A DNA stretch of 64,000 bases from a virus: positions 16,802-80,801 of IMG/VR virus record IMGVR_UViG_3300009008_000024; one strand, 5' to 3'. Under the pieces are notes generated by a model that was given only the letters and a program-made list of their open reading frames with translations, had not been told where the DNA came from and ran no database searches. Shown here piece by piece: positions 9,873 through 19,665 of this stretch. The stretch's first letter is position 1. Each line of letters starts with the position of its first letter. The position numbers and the translations under genes were made by a program.

Positions 9873-10985
9873 ATGGCAGGAAGCATCCAGTTAGACAGTA
9901 GCGATCTTCGAGTGGCAGATTTGGGTACAAGTACTGCTGAGGGCGAAAAGATTGAATATGAGACCAGAGAGACCTCGAAGAAGGGCGATGCAGGTCTTGT
10001 GCACGGCACCGGAGATGTCTTCAATGTCAGCAGTACCCCAGTCAGTCCCCCGAATGGACCCTATGGTAGTTACAATAGTGCAACAGACAATCTGGCAAAC
10101 AAGAAGCGGCAGTTTATCGAAATTTTGCATGTTCCAACTCAGTTAAATGTTTTCTTTAAATCTTTCGTTAATACTTTTCAGGATAGTTATAATACGGAAT
10201 ACAACAAGGAATCTGTTTTTGGTAGGATGGACCCGATTGCCACATTCAAGAGAACTGGGCGCGTAATAACGCTGGCATGGTCCGTACCATCCTCTGGTCT
10301 TGAAGAAGCGAAAGAGAATCTGGCAAAGATGAATAGATTAGTTCAATTTCTATATCCAGTTTATGATACTCCGACCAACGGCGCCGGCGGAGCAACAACT
10401 ATGCGCTCTGGTCCCATTTTCAAGATTAAGATGGGCAACCTAATTATGAAGCCGGGTCATGACTCAATTGATGCACCCGCCGCCGATGCGGGACTACCCG
10501 GGATCATAGAGGGGTTTAGTTATGCGCCGAAACTAGAGCATGGTGTCTTCGATCCAGGAGTCGTTACTGGAGATGGATCGCAAGTAACGCGCGCCACCAA
10601 CAACTACAAAAGTTGGAGCAGTACCGATCCAACAAGAAGTGGCAACGTCTCTTATGATGGTTCTCTCTATCCCAAAGTGGTTGAAGCACAGATAACGTTT
10701 ACGGTCCTACATGACACTCCCTTGGGTTGGGAAATGGACGGGTCGAACAATCCCAAACTTCGGAACGCAAGAGATGCTGGTGACAAGGCAACGAGATTTC
10801 CATATGGCGGAGATAATGCTCCGTTCGATCCTATAACCGGCAAACGAGTGGCGCCATATGTAGAGCAGGCTGATTGGAAATCTTACTTAGACTTGCAAAA
10901 GGATCTTATTCTCCGCCGCGTCGAGGTTCGTGCGAATAAACTTCTTCAACCCGCCAAAGATGTGAAGCAATTTTTTGGAGGATAG
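9873..10985 (+). CDS. Baseplate/tail-tube initiator protein (gp48/gp54-like)
   Basis: 'F.DSY...Y....VFGRMDPI..F..T.R.I.L.W....LYP.Y.......P..KI..GNL' motif found in tube-fold baseplate proteins; follows TMP. Confidence 0.55.
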   Translation: MAGSIQLDSSDLRVADLGTSTAEGEKIEYETRETSKKGDAGLVHGTGDVFNVSSTPVSPPNGPYGSYNSATDNLANKKRQFIEILHVPTQLNVFFKSFVNTFQDSYNTEYNKESVFGRMDPIATFKRTGRVITLAWSVPSSGLEEAKENLAKMNRLVQFLYPVYDTPTNGAGGATTMRSGPIFKIKMGNLIMKPGHDSIDAPAADAGLPGIIEGFSYAPKLEHGVFDPGVVTGDGSQVTRATNNYKSWSSTDPTRSGNVSYDGSLYPKVVEAQITFTVLHDTPLGWEMDGSNNPKLRNARDAGDKATRFPYGGDNAPFDPITGKRVAPYVEQADWKSYLDLQKDLILRRVEVRANKLLQPAKDVKQFFGG

Positions 10986-10988
10986 TCT

Positions 10989-11333
10989 ATGACATCTAGA
11001 TATGACAATAGGAGTGCTGCGATCAACAATGCACCAATGTATCGTGCACTGCTGAAAAAGAGGGGTGTAAATTTTATACGCCAATACAAGACTCCATCTA
11101 TGTCTTTTCCTACGCCAATTGAGACTGGTAACATTAAGGAAATTGACTATACTTGGAAAGTCGGAGATCGCTTCTTCAAGTTAGCAAACCAATATTATGG
11201 TGATCCTACTTTATGGTGGATTGTTGCGTGGTATAATCAATCTCCCACAGAGTCTCATATCTCTACGGGTCAAATTATTCAAGTACCTCTCCCATTGGAC
11301 GCTGTTCTGCCTTTGTTCATGAGAGGGTCATAG
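10989..11333 (+). CDS. LysM-domain baseplate wedge protein (gp53/tail X-like)
   Basis: 'MTSRY...YTWKVGDRFFKLANQYYGDPTLWWIVAWYN...GQIIQVP'. Confidence 0.85.
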   Translation: MTSRYDNRSAAINNAPMYRALLKKRGVNFIRQYKTPSMSFPTPIETGNIKEIDYTWKVGDRFFKLANQYYGDPTLWWIVAWYNQSPTESHISTGQIIQVPLPLDAVLPLFMRGS

Positions 11334-11355
11334 GGCGCAAGGGGAGGAATAGCAA

Positions 11356-14331
11356 GTGGCGGATAAGAAACCAAAGGGTCGCGATAAGCCTTCTGTTGGA
11401 AGTCCCAAGAAGAGGACAAAGCCTAGGCGCCGCCTAAACAGGCGCGGACTGACTGCGGAACAATACTACCAAGCAGAACTGAAAGTCTTCACAGAGAAGA
11501 GAGATCAGAAACTGAGCGATGCCGAAATAAATCTCGCACAAGGACTGATTGGTCAAGACGAACATGACAATGAAGTATATAATGCTAATATCGAATTTGA
11601 AAATAAGGTAAACGGCGCCAAGGGCAGGCGAGGCATGCCGTCTAAGAAACCTAAGACTGTTGCCGAAAAGAAAGAAGGGACCGTAACGGATGAAGATGAA
11701 AGCTGGCGAGATATGCTTGAGAAGCAGACTGACCAGAACTATATATCGCTAAATTTGTTGGCATTTTCTGACTTAGATGGCAGACCACTTCCATCTAGAC
11801 TCAAAAATATCCTGCTAGTCTCTAACTATAAAGGGAATTTATTAAATAAACTTACATCCAGTTCGAGATTACAACCCCTAATGAATGCAACGCCCTTTGA
11901 ACTAAGTCAACTCACCCCTTACTTTCGAATCTTTAAGAAAAATAGCGTAGGGGGTGTAGAAGAGTTTGAGTTCATGGATCACCTCAAGTGGAGTTACAAG
12001 GTGGGAGAGGAGGAGCGGATCCTAAATAGTTCAATGGGTCAGGGAGTAGGGTTCAAGTCTTTTGATTGGGAGACGACTGGCACCAACTTGTTTAGCGCAC
12101 CACGAACTCTCATGGCAACTCTGAACCTACACTTTCAATCCATAAGCGAGTTAGCTAGGAGCGCGAGAATAGACGAAGACGGCACCGTCAACTGGAAAGA
12201 CTTGATAGTCCCAAACATAGAGAGTAACTCTATACCGCGCGGATGTCCCACGGGACACCCCGAGGTGGATGACCTGCTGGTCAAGAATTTGGGATACGAG
12301 CAGATCAAAAAGTGGGAACAAGATCCAAAGACAAGACCAGCAACTGACCGTAAATTTGCCCTAATGGTAGAAGTGGGGTGGAAATACGGACTAAACAGCA
12401 CCCTCTCTCCCGAGTTCAAGACGGCAGTAAACCAGAGTCGTATAAATTTAGATCTGACCTTAGTTAACCATAAGTTTTCTTTTCGCGATACGGGTCAAAT
12501 TGATCTGCAAATTAGTTACGTTGCGCGCCTAGAAAATATTATGAATGATTATAGTGCAAATCTCTTCAATTTAGATGCAGATGGTCAAAACAATCAAATA
12601 CAAAAAGAACTTTTAGAACTGAAAGAACAGATCAAAGCAATGCAAAGTTCTATTGATAGTCCATACGGTGCATTTAGTTGTGCCGAGAATGCGAATTTAT
12701 CTACGCCGCAACAAAATAATCTAGACAAGGCAGCGACAGAACTCCAGGAGAAGATAGATAAACTTGCGGAAGAGTCTGAGCAGTTAGCGAGAAGACTGAA
12801 GGTCTCTATGTATGGCAAATTTACGCAGCACTTGGTGAAAACCAACCAACTGTTATATGTGGATGTGCCTGAGCAGTTATATGCCTATGGCACGCTACCT
12901 CTCAAAGGGACTGGGAAGGTAAGTTGCAGGACTCTTGGTCACACTGAGGGAACTATACCGGGAATTAATCTCGCCACCGCAGCACCCGATGTGGTTGCTG
13001 GAATTAGTACGAGAGACAAGGATGCCGAAGAGGATAAGGTAGATTCCACGAAGATTCTCTCAAGCATTAATCCTGGATTTGGGACTAGTGTCGCCAAGGA
13101 AGAGGGGAATAAGAGAGTGCCATTTTTCTATCTAGGTACCTTGATAGATTTCTATGCCGGCACGCTCCCACTGCATGACGCAAACGAGGTTGATAGGTTT
13201 GAGATAGTTTTAGGAGACATGGTTTTTCTAGACTATAAATCGATTGGGGAAAACAGGGAGGATAACGTCTCCCTCGACAGCGACGAGGACGACTCAAGTC
13301 TTAGTGACGAACAGAGATCTGCCAAGGCAAAAGAGAATAATCGGATAGCAGACTTGGCAAGGCGAAGAGTCATTTCAAATGCAAGTTACAGGGTCCGCCG
13401 CAATTTGGCTTATATACCCATATCTTTTGAGGCATACACACAGTGGTTCACTGACGAGGTTATCAACAACGACGCTAGCGTTTTTACTTTCAAGAATTTT
13501 GTCCGTTCACTTACGACCAAGTTGTTGGTTGGCGCTCTCCAGTCTGCATCCGGCGGACAGATCAGTAAAGATCTACAGCGCGCTCTCAAGGAGAGAACAC
13601 AGGTGAAGGCAGGAGTGGTGGGCGGATTCAACAGGCACATAAAACCAAAAGTCATGAATGTGGAAAGGGTAGATCCCCGCAATGGGGAGAGCACATTTCT
13701 AATCAGTCCGACCCCCATAGTGCCCGAACTCGTAGGTTCTGAGGATGATAATAAGCAATACTTTGTCCTGTATGTCTCGCGCCTGCCTTTTGCGTCTCAA
13801 GAGGTGAACGAGGCAAAGAATGCAGAAGAGGGACTTTATCACCTATACATTGGCGCAGACAAAGGAATTGTCAAAACAATCGATTTGGAGAAGGAGGCGA
13901 ACAATAGGATTCGAGATGCCAACATTATGAGAGCATATAATGTGGGAGGGAATGGATTGGGAATTATCCAAGAACCGTACAATGCTAGTGTAAAGGTATT
14001 CGGGAGTGGGTTTTTTCAGCCCGGACAGTATGTTTATATCAATCCCACTAACATTGGGCTGGGGACTAGTCATGAGAGATATTCTATTGCCCGGGAATTA
14101 GGGATTGGCGGGTTCTATTTAATTACGAAAGTTTCTACAACTGTTAGTGACGGGAAGTTGGAAACTAATTTAAGGTGCATTTTTCAAAACTATGGGTATC
14201 TTCCAGATCCGCTTCTCGGATCACCCGTTGGGCAAGATCCGGTTGTGGAAATTGGGGACAATACCGCAGCGAATGCAGCAGCAAATGCCGCAGCAAACGA
14301 AGTGTATGTTGATGATATATTGGAGGAGTGA
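11356..14331 (+). CDS. Large baseplate hub protein (gp27/VgrG-like, tentative)
   Basis: Follows LysM wedge; 'LMVEVGW', C-terminal 'PYNASVKVFG...FQPGQYVYI.......GGFYLITKV.......LET' hub-like motif. Confidence 0.5.
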   Translation: MADKKPKGRDKPSVGSPKKRTKPRRRLNRRGLTAEQYYQAELKVFTEKRDQKLSDAEINLAQGLIGQDEHDNEVYNANIEFENKVNGAKGRRGMPSKKPKTVAEKKEGTVTDEDESWRDMLEKQTDQNYISLNLLAFSDLDGRPLPSRLKNILLVSNYKGNLLNKLTSSSRLQPLMNATPFELSQLTPYFRIFKKNSVGGVEEFEFMDHLKWSYKVGEEERILNSSMGQGVGFKSFDWETTGTNLFSAPRTLMATLNLHFQSISELARSARIDEDGTVNWKDLIVPNIESNSIPRGCPTGHPEVDDLLVKNLGYEQIKKWEQDPKTRPATDRKFALMVEVGWKYGLNSTLSPEFKTAVNQSRINLDLTLVNHKFSFRDTGQIDLQISYVARLENIMNDYSANLFNLDADGQNNQIQKELLELKEQIKAMQSSIDSPYGAFSCAENANLSTPQQNNLDKAATELQEKIDKLAEESEQLARRLKVSMYGKFTQHLVKTNQLLYVDVPEQLYAYGTLPLKGTGKVSCRTLGHTEGTIPGINLATAAPDVVAGISTRDKDAEEDKVDSTKILSSINPGFGTSVAKEEGNKRVPFFYLGTLIDFYAGTLPLHDANEVDRFEIVLGDMVFLDYKSIGENREDNVSLDSDEDDSSLSDEQRSAKAKENNRIADLARRRVISNASYRVRRNLAYIPISFEAYTQWFTDEVINNDASVFTFKNFVRSLTTKLLVGALQSASGGQISKDLQRALKERTQVKAGVVGGFNRHIKPKVMNVERVDPRNGESTFLISPTPIVPELVGSEDDNKQYFVLYVSRLPFASQEVNEAKNAEEGLYHLYIGADKGIVKTIDLEKEANNRIRDANIMRAYNVGGNGLGIIQEPYNASVKVFGSGFFQPGQYVYINPTNIGLGTSHERYSIARELGIGGFYLITKVSTTVSDGKLETNLRCIFQNYGYLPDPLLGSPVGQDPVVEIGDNTAANAAANAAANEVYVDDILEE

Positions 14332-14345
14332 GGGGGAATGCATAG

Positions 14346-15560
14346 ATGAAGATTACTTTTGCTACCAACGATAGTTTGACGAAGGAACTGTTCCTACAAA
14401 GGCAGGAGTATATCAATCACTATCCCGCCGGCATAAAGGACTATAGGAAAATTGATTTCTGGTACGATGAGATGCTCTTTGGCAGGGTTGATCGGCAGGG
14501 AGATGTGGTATACCCCTCAGAAGCATTCATGAAACAACTGCGATCAGAGGATGAAACTTATTTCGTTCTCAATTTTGTGGCAGATGCATATGAGTCCTTT
14601 CGAAGGGATATGGATTTCCAAGAAACTCAAAAGCACTTTGTTGTTAGAGATGGCACCCCATTCATGGATCGGTTTGAACCAACACGATCTTGGATCAGCA
14701 TCAATACAAATTATGATAGATATGTGCTCGATTATTATAATAGTTTTTTGCTCCCCTTTATGTCCGATCCTTCTCGCGTTGTGGACATAGGTGATTTTGA
14801 TGATTTTGTGATTGCTTTTACTCGCCTAATAGACCGAACTTCGCTAGCAATTCCGTTTACTAAGACAGAATACATTGCCAGCAAATATTCCTCTCCTCTT
14901 GTGAGCGGATTGGTGGTAGAGTTTGCAGAGAAGGATCATGGCGACGATCCCAAGAAGATACTAGAATTTGTAAATGATATTAATTTTGAATTGTACCGCG
15001 AGATTGCCAGTCGAAATGGGTTTGCAGTAGATATGAATGCGCCCTGGCGCCTAATAGCAGATGTTGGATCTAACGCCATGACATCATTTATGAAAAGTTA
15101 CAACATTAATTTAGAGACAGTGTTTCCAGAATATTATTATAAATCTTCGCTCCTAGACATTCCTACCCTGAAGGTTCACGTGCGAAACTTCTACAATTCT
15201 TTTGTAAGGGCGTTCCCCAAGATGCGCACCCAAGAAGTCAGCACTAGGAACGGCAAAAGTATTAGCTTGACAAAGGTCGAGGAACGTGTTATGATGAGGA
15301 GGGATTTTTATGAGTCGAGGTATACCAATTTGTTTTGGATCCGCCTCTATACTTATATCAGGGCAAAAGAGACTAATCGAGACTGGGATCAGTACAAGTT
15401 TGATCACGTAGTGCAGAGGGCAAGTGATTTCTTTGTTTATTCCGGAGAACGGACAGCGCTTAAGTTCATAAACAAGGAAGTAAGGCGCGCCCCCGGAGAG
15501 TATCTTCAGGTTGATGAATACCGCAGGGGAAATTTCAAGTTCAAGAGAAAGAGAGAGTAG
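14346..15560 (+). CDS. Hypothetical protein (end of virion module)
   Basis: 404-aa ORF with purine-rich SD, co-linear with tail genes; no recognised motif. Confidence 0.6.
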   Translation: MKITFATNDSLTKELFLQRQEYINHYPAGIKDYRKIDFWYDEMLFGRVDRQGDVVYPSEAFMKQLRSEDETYFVLNFVADAYESFRRDMDFQETQKHFVVRDGTPFMDRFEPTRSWISINTNYDRYVLDYYNSFLLPFMSDPSRVVDIGDFDDFVIAFTRLIDRTSLAIPFTKTEYIASKYSSPLVSGLVVEFAEKDHGDDPKKILEFVNDINFELYREIASRNGFAVDMNAPWRLIADVGSNAMTSFMKSYNINLETVFPEYYYKSSLLDIPTLKVHVRNFYNSFVRAFPKMRTQEVSTRNGKSISLTKVEERVMMRRDFYESRYTNLFWIRLYTYIRAKETNRDWDQYKFDHVVQRASDFFVYSGERTALKFINKEVRRAPGEYLQVDEYRRGNFKFKRKRE

Positions 15561-15561
15561 A

Positions 15562-16752
15562 GTGAGTAATGTTTTTACTGTTTTAGATTCCAAGAAAGAA
15601 TGCTTGGGGTACTATTATGATGGCGATGTGTGGGAACATAAAACTGGGAATCAATTTATAACATGGGACTATAAACCATCCTTCCACGAGGATGGTTTGG
15701 AGTATATGAAGATATATTCTGATGGAAGATCTTTATCGGATGTCTGTCCTTCCCACCTACAAGAAGAGTGGGATCGCATGCAAGAGAGGAAAGACGCTTT
15801 TCAGAGGGCAGTTGTAACCGCCAAGGTAGATGGAGAAAATGTGTGTGCTTATGACGTTTTTCCGCGATGGTTTTTGAAGGAGTATTCTCAAGTAAAATGT
15901 GAGATTATAGAATGGGTATTTCAAAATACGGAAAAACCACTGAATTATTCTAGGGCATTGGGTCTAGAGAGACTCTTTGCAGAAATAAAGAGCAACCCCC
16001 TGAATGTCGATTTGAGCACTATGAGGCGTAAAACTTCCTCTCTTGCGGCTAGGCAGCAATTGAAGAAGTTGAATTCCACACGCAATTCAGTTGGGTACAA
16101 TCAGTACAGTTCAGTGACTGGGCGCCTCACCTTGGAGAAGGGAAGTTTTCCTATCTTAAACCTGCCAAAGGATTTTCGAAAGATCTTGAAACCTAATGGT
16201 GATTTTTTCGTAGAATTCGATTATAATGCAGCAGAACTGAGGACGATGCTGGCGATCATGGGGATGGATCAACCGGAAGGAGACATTCACGAGTGGAATA
16301 GTCGCAATGTTTTTGGAGGAGGGTGCACGAGAGAGGAGGCAAAGAAGAGAATTTTTGCATGGTTGTATAATCCAGAATCGAAGGACGATCTTCTGAACGA
16401 AACCTATGATCGAGACAAGGTGCTCTCCCAATACTGGGATGGTACCCGAGTGACGACTCCATTCGGCAGGGAAATAGAGGCGCGCCAACATTATGCTTTA
16501 AACTATATCATTCAAAGCACCACCAGCGATTTGGTTCTAGAGCAGGTGCTCAAAGTGTATGATTTTATTGAGGAATCGTCGTCAAAAATAGTTTTTTTGA
16601 TCCACGACAGTTTTGTGCTTGACATTCCCGCCGACATGCGCTATAATATACCAGAGATCAAAAACATATTCGCATCGAATCGGTTTGGGAATTATAGGGT
16701 TGGAGTAAAGGTCGGAAAAGACTTCGGCACCATGAAGGAAATCAAGTTTTAG
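15562..16752 (+). CDS. Minimal family A DNA polymerase-like protein
   Basis: 'TGRLT', motif A 'FDYNAAELR', motif B 'R.EAK..IFAWLY', 'ALNYIIQST', motif C 'IHDS'; likely GTG start at 15562 just after upstream stop. Confidence 0.75.
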   Translation: MSNVFTVLDSKKECLGYYYDGDVWEHKTGNQFITWDYKPSFHEDGLEYMKIYSDGRSLSDVCPSHLQEEWDRMQERKDAFQRAVVTAKVDGENVCAYDVFPRWFLKEYSQVKCEIIEWVFQNTEKPLNYSRALGLERLFAEIKSNPLNVDLSTMRRKTSSLAARQQLKKLNSTRNSVGYNQYSSVTGRLTLEKGSFPILNLPKDFRKILKPNGDFFVEFDYNAAELRTMLAIMGMDQPEGDIHEWNSRNVFGGGCTREEAKKRIFAWLYNPESKDDLLNETYDRDKVLSQYWDGTRVTTPFGREIEARQHYALNYIIQSTTSDLVLEQVLKVYDFIEESSSKIVFLIHDSFVLDIPADMRYNIPEIKNIFASNRFGNYRVGVKVGKDFGTMKEIKF

Positions 16753-16764
16753 TGGAGATTGCAA

Positions 16765-17610
16765 ATGATTAATGTTATTGGATTGGGAAATGCGGGATGT
16801 AAGATCGCCGACTTGCTAGGAGAATATGATCCCTACGCGGTGTATAAGATTGATCCGGGTTTGGAAAAAAAGAAAAATAATTTTTCCATCGCCCGTCGCG
16901 AAAAACCAGAAGATTATGAAAGCAAACTTCCCGCCAGAACGATTAGCGCTCTTAGGAAAATCAAAGGTCCGGTTGTCTTGATTGTCGGGGGAGGCGGAAA
17001 GATATCGTCCGCCACCTTGCGCATACTAGAATGCGTTCAAGAAAATCCTATTGAGGTGATGTACATCAAACCAGATCCTTCGGTGACCAGCGCCGCATCT
17101 ATTGGGAGAGACAAGATAACATTTGGAATATTGCAGCAGTATGCCAGATCTGGCGTCTTTGAAAGGATGTATATAGTCGCTAACGCGGACATTGAGAAGG
17201 CGATTGGCAATGTTCCGGTTTCTACCTACTATGAAACCATAAATGCTAGAATAGCATCTACTTTTCATATGTTGAATGTCTACAAAAATACGCCCGCCAA
17301 TTTTTCCAGTTTTTTCGAACCGGATGACATCTCTCGCATCTCTACCATCGGAGTTGGGAGCATGGATAAGGTGGTAGATCAGATGTTTTTTGGGATTGAT
17401 TATGTGGGCGAAAAAAACTATTATTTTGCGATAAACCAGAAACAATTAGAGCAAGATCCATCACTGCTCAACAACATCAAGCGGAGGGTGAAACAAAAAG
17501 ATAAAACTATTAGGGTGGGGTTCGGAGTTTATCCCACTCCCTATGAGGAAAACTACATTTATATACTAGCAAGCACAAAAATCATACAAGGAGTAAATTA
17601 TGATGAGTAA
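16765..17610 (+). CDS. Divergent tubulin/FtsZ-family protein (PhuZ/TubZ-like)
   Basis: N-terminal 'VIGLGNAGCKIAD', degenerate T4 loop 'VGGGGKISSA', 'IVANAD', 'Y...N..IA' tubulin-fold elements. Confidence 0.65.
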   Translation: MINVIGLGNAGCKIADLLGEYDPYAVYKIDPGLEKKKNNFSIARREKPEDYESKLPARTISALRKIKGPVVLIVGGGGKISSATLRILECVQENPIEVMYIKPDPSVTSAASIGRDKITFGILQQYARSGVFERMYIVANADIEKAIGNVPVSTYYETINARIASTFHMLNVYKNTPANFSSFFEPDDISRISTIGVGSMDKVVDQMFFGIDYVGEKNYYFAINQKQLEQDPSLLNNIKRRVKQKDKTIRVGFGVYPTPYEENYIYILASTKIIQGVNYDE

Positions 17611-17866
17611 AATATATGCAGGAATGTTTATGAAGAAGAACAATGATATGAGGCACATGACTTTTGTAAAATTGTCAGATATGCCAGAGTCTTTTCTAGC
17701 GTCCAAAATTAAAGATGGTAAAAAAGAAAAGAGCATGCCAGAGGGAATGGAATTGGTGTGGGATCTGGACAAGGCAGATTTCCGCGTCTTTAATTATTCT
17801 GCGCAAATAGGCGCCCTACGCGAAATTGATATGACCGACGAAGAGAGAGACAAGTTGTTTGGGTAG
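17600..17866 (+). CDS. Small SH3/WYL-like beta-barrel protein
   Basis: 'F.KKN...R.M....' and 'VWDLDKADFRVFN' resemble the phage WYL-like family. Confidence 0.45.
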   Translation: MMSKIYAGMFMKKNNDMRHMTFVKLSDMPESFLASKIKDGKKEKSMPEGMELVWDLDKADFRVFNYSAQIGALREIDMTDEERDKLFG

Positions 17867-17888
17867 GCGCCCTTAAGTGCTCCCGCGA

Positions 17889-17897
17889 ACTATTTAT
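17889..17897 (+). promoter_or_regulatory. Putative late promoter motif (ACTATTTAT)
   Basis: Intergenic, upstream of 17923 mini-ORF and 17961 gene. Confidence 0.65.
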
Positions 17898-17960
17898 AAT
17901 AGATCAAAGGAGCACACCACTTATGAAAAAAGTTAAAGGGAATGTAAGGGGGTTGGAATA

Positions 17961-19619
17961 GTGAGTGAGATGAAAATCTTATTAGAGAATTTTAAAAAAT
18001 ATCTCCATGAAGAAGAGAGGGAAGAGTTGCAAGAAGGCATTCTTCGAGATTTGTTCAATAAACTTCCGGTGGGAAAGATATTTAAACGTATTTCCAATAA
18101 TGCGCGCCGCGAATGGGGAGGTCACTCTTCCTGGGAGATGGAAGATGCGCATAGGCACATGCTCGCCGCCGCTTACTTCACCGATGAATTTGGGAAATTG
18201 ACCGCCACCAGCTTGGGCACTGGTCATGAGATAAAAGGAGTCCTTAAAAAACTTTTACAGGGGCAATTCGGTGGATCCGGATGGAAAATGGATCACGCGA
18301 ATAATGAGTTGGGCATGGCGATTGCTCAACAATATCCCGATAAATCTCTTGCCCACTATAATAAGATAGTCTTTAACAAAATTAAGGATGGCGACTTTTA
18401 TCTGGAAGATGGTCGCACTAAATATAAGGATGCCCCTCATAAAAGGGGAGACGCCCTCGCCTCCCTACAGAGTATAGAGACAGATCACCCCGACCAAAGT
18501 CGCGCACTTGAAGAAGGTGCGTGGGACACCGCAAAGGACACCGTAAAGGATACAGCCAGGAGTTTGAAGAAGCGATGGGACACTGCATTCGCAGACGACG
18601 CAGATGCTCCCGACACGGCCCCAAAAGACAATGCTCCCGACACGGCCCCAAAAGACAATACGCCCGTCCCCTCCCCCAAGAAAAAGAAGATAAAGAAGAG
18701 AAGGAGGAAGAAATCTCCTTATACTGAGCAAATGACAAAACAATTGACCTATTTGGCGGATAATGCAAAACGTGCGGGAATTAATGAAAATTTTGTAGTG
18801 GTTGATGACGTTAATGGTGGAATGTATGTGTTTGCGCCCGACTTTAAACAACTGGCACGTTTTCCTGTGATCACAGGCGGCGATGCGGGGGAGGTAGATG
18901 AATTTAATTTTGCCGATTGGTTGCGACAAGAAGATATGCTCCCGACGTTCAAGGACGCTAAAAAGAATATAAAATCCGACGATGAATTTGATCGGGAGAG
19001 GGGGGAATATGTGTATGGGAGACTTTTTGAAGCATTTCTCAAAGCGAGAGCTGAGGCAGGTCATAAGATCACCCCATCTGGCGTTTTTACTATCAGCAAA
19101 ATACGGGCAGGCGAAGATATAACAGATACCTATAATTATGGTACCAACATATTTTCGTTGTCTCCGGGAATCGACCCCCAAACTCTCCCCACTGTGCGCC
19201 TCGCTAAATCCCTTGCCGGCAAAGATATACAAGGAGGTAGCACCATAGCGATGCATGGTACTGGTAATCCAGATCGTATAGCGGCTCTCAAAAAGGCGAA
19301 CTCTTATGCAAGAAGAGGAGATTTCGACAAGGCGGCGAAAGCATTAGGACAGACTCCCAGTTATGGATGTATAAATTTAGAGAATCGCAATGCCAAGAAA
19401 CTGGCCAAGTACATGTCTCCCGGGTCACAAGTCTTTATTTTGCCCGAGGACGACACAATCGTAAGGGTGGGTACCTTTAACAGGTTCACACAAGAACTAG
19501 AAAACATTACTATGATGGCAGGAAAATGTTTTGACAAAGTTGTTGATTTCTTTGACAATGATCCGGTAATTCCCAAAGCGGAAATTGAAAAGAAATATAA
19601 GAAACATAGAATTACTTAA
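17961..19619 (+). CDS. Multidomain putative internal virion protein: leader + DAxRH/HE/MDxxNN domain + L,D-transpeptidase (YkuD)-like domain
   Basis: 'DAHRHML...GHE...MDHANNELG'; C-terminal 'FVVVD....MYVF......ARFPVITG...ITPSGVFTI...AMHGT...SYGCINL' matches the L,D-transpeptidase HG...SxGC motif. Confidence 0.65.
   Translation: MSEMKILLENFKKYLHEEEREELQEGILRDLFNKLPVGKIFKRISNNARREWGGHSSWEMEDAHRHMLAAAYFTDEFGKLTATSLGTGHEIKGVLKKLLQGQFGGSGWKMDHANNELGMAIAQQYPDKSLAHYNKIVFNKIKDGDFYLEDGRTKYKDAPHKRGDALASLQSIETDHPDQSRALEEGAWDTAKDTVKDTARSLKKRWDTAFADDADAPDTAPKDNAPDTAPKDNTPVPSPKKKKIKKRRRKKSPYTEQMTKQLTYLADNAKRAGINENFVVVDDVNGGMYVFAPDFKQLARFPVITGGDAGEVDEFNFADWLRQEDMLPTFKDAKKNIKSDDEFDRERGEYVYGRLFEAFLKARAEAGHKITPSGVFTISKIRAGEDITDTYNYGTNIFSLSPGIDPQTLPTVRLAKSLAGKDIQGGSTIAMHGTGNPDRIAALKKANSYARRGDFDKAAKALGQTPSYGCINLENRNAKKLAKYMSPGSQVFILPEDDTIVRVGTFNRFTQELENITMMAGKCFDKVVDFFDNDPVIPKAEIEKKYKKHRIT
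18604..18657 (+). repeat. 27-bp tandem duplication (APDTAPKDN x2) in linker
   Basis: atgctcccgacacggccccaaaagaca repeated exactly twice. Confidence 0.95.
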
Positions 19620-19665
19620 GAGTAGTCAATTTTTATAATATACCAAATGCAGAAAGTGAGAAAAA

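Noticed and set aside
7666-9930. Long minus-strand ORFs opposite the tape measure gene (also those opposite groEL 40714-42093, dnaE and 39230-39808)
   Set aside because: Antisense shadows of strongly supported + strand genes, with low-complexity Ser/Pro/Phe translations, no SD and no motifs.
16765-17610. Claim that this is a nucleus-forming (chimallin) phage
   Set aside because: Tubulin alone is insufficient. No chimallin or multisubunit RNAP is recognisable here, and host-type sigma70 promoters and DNA methylases argue for a different strategy.
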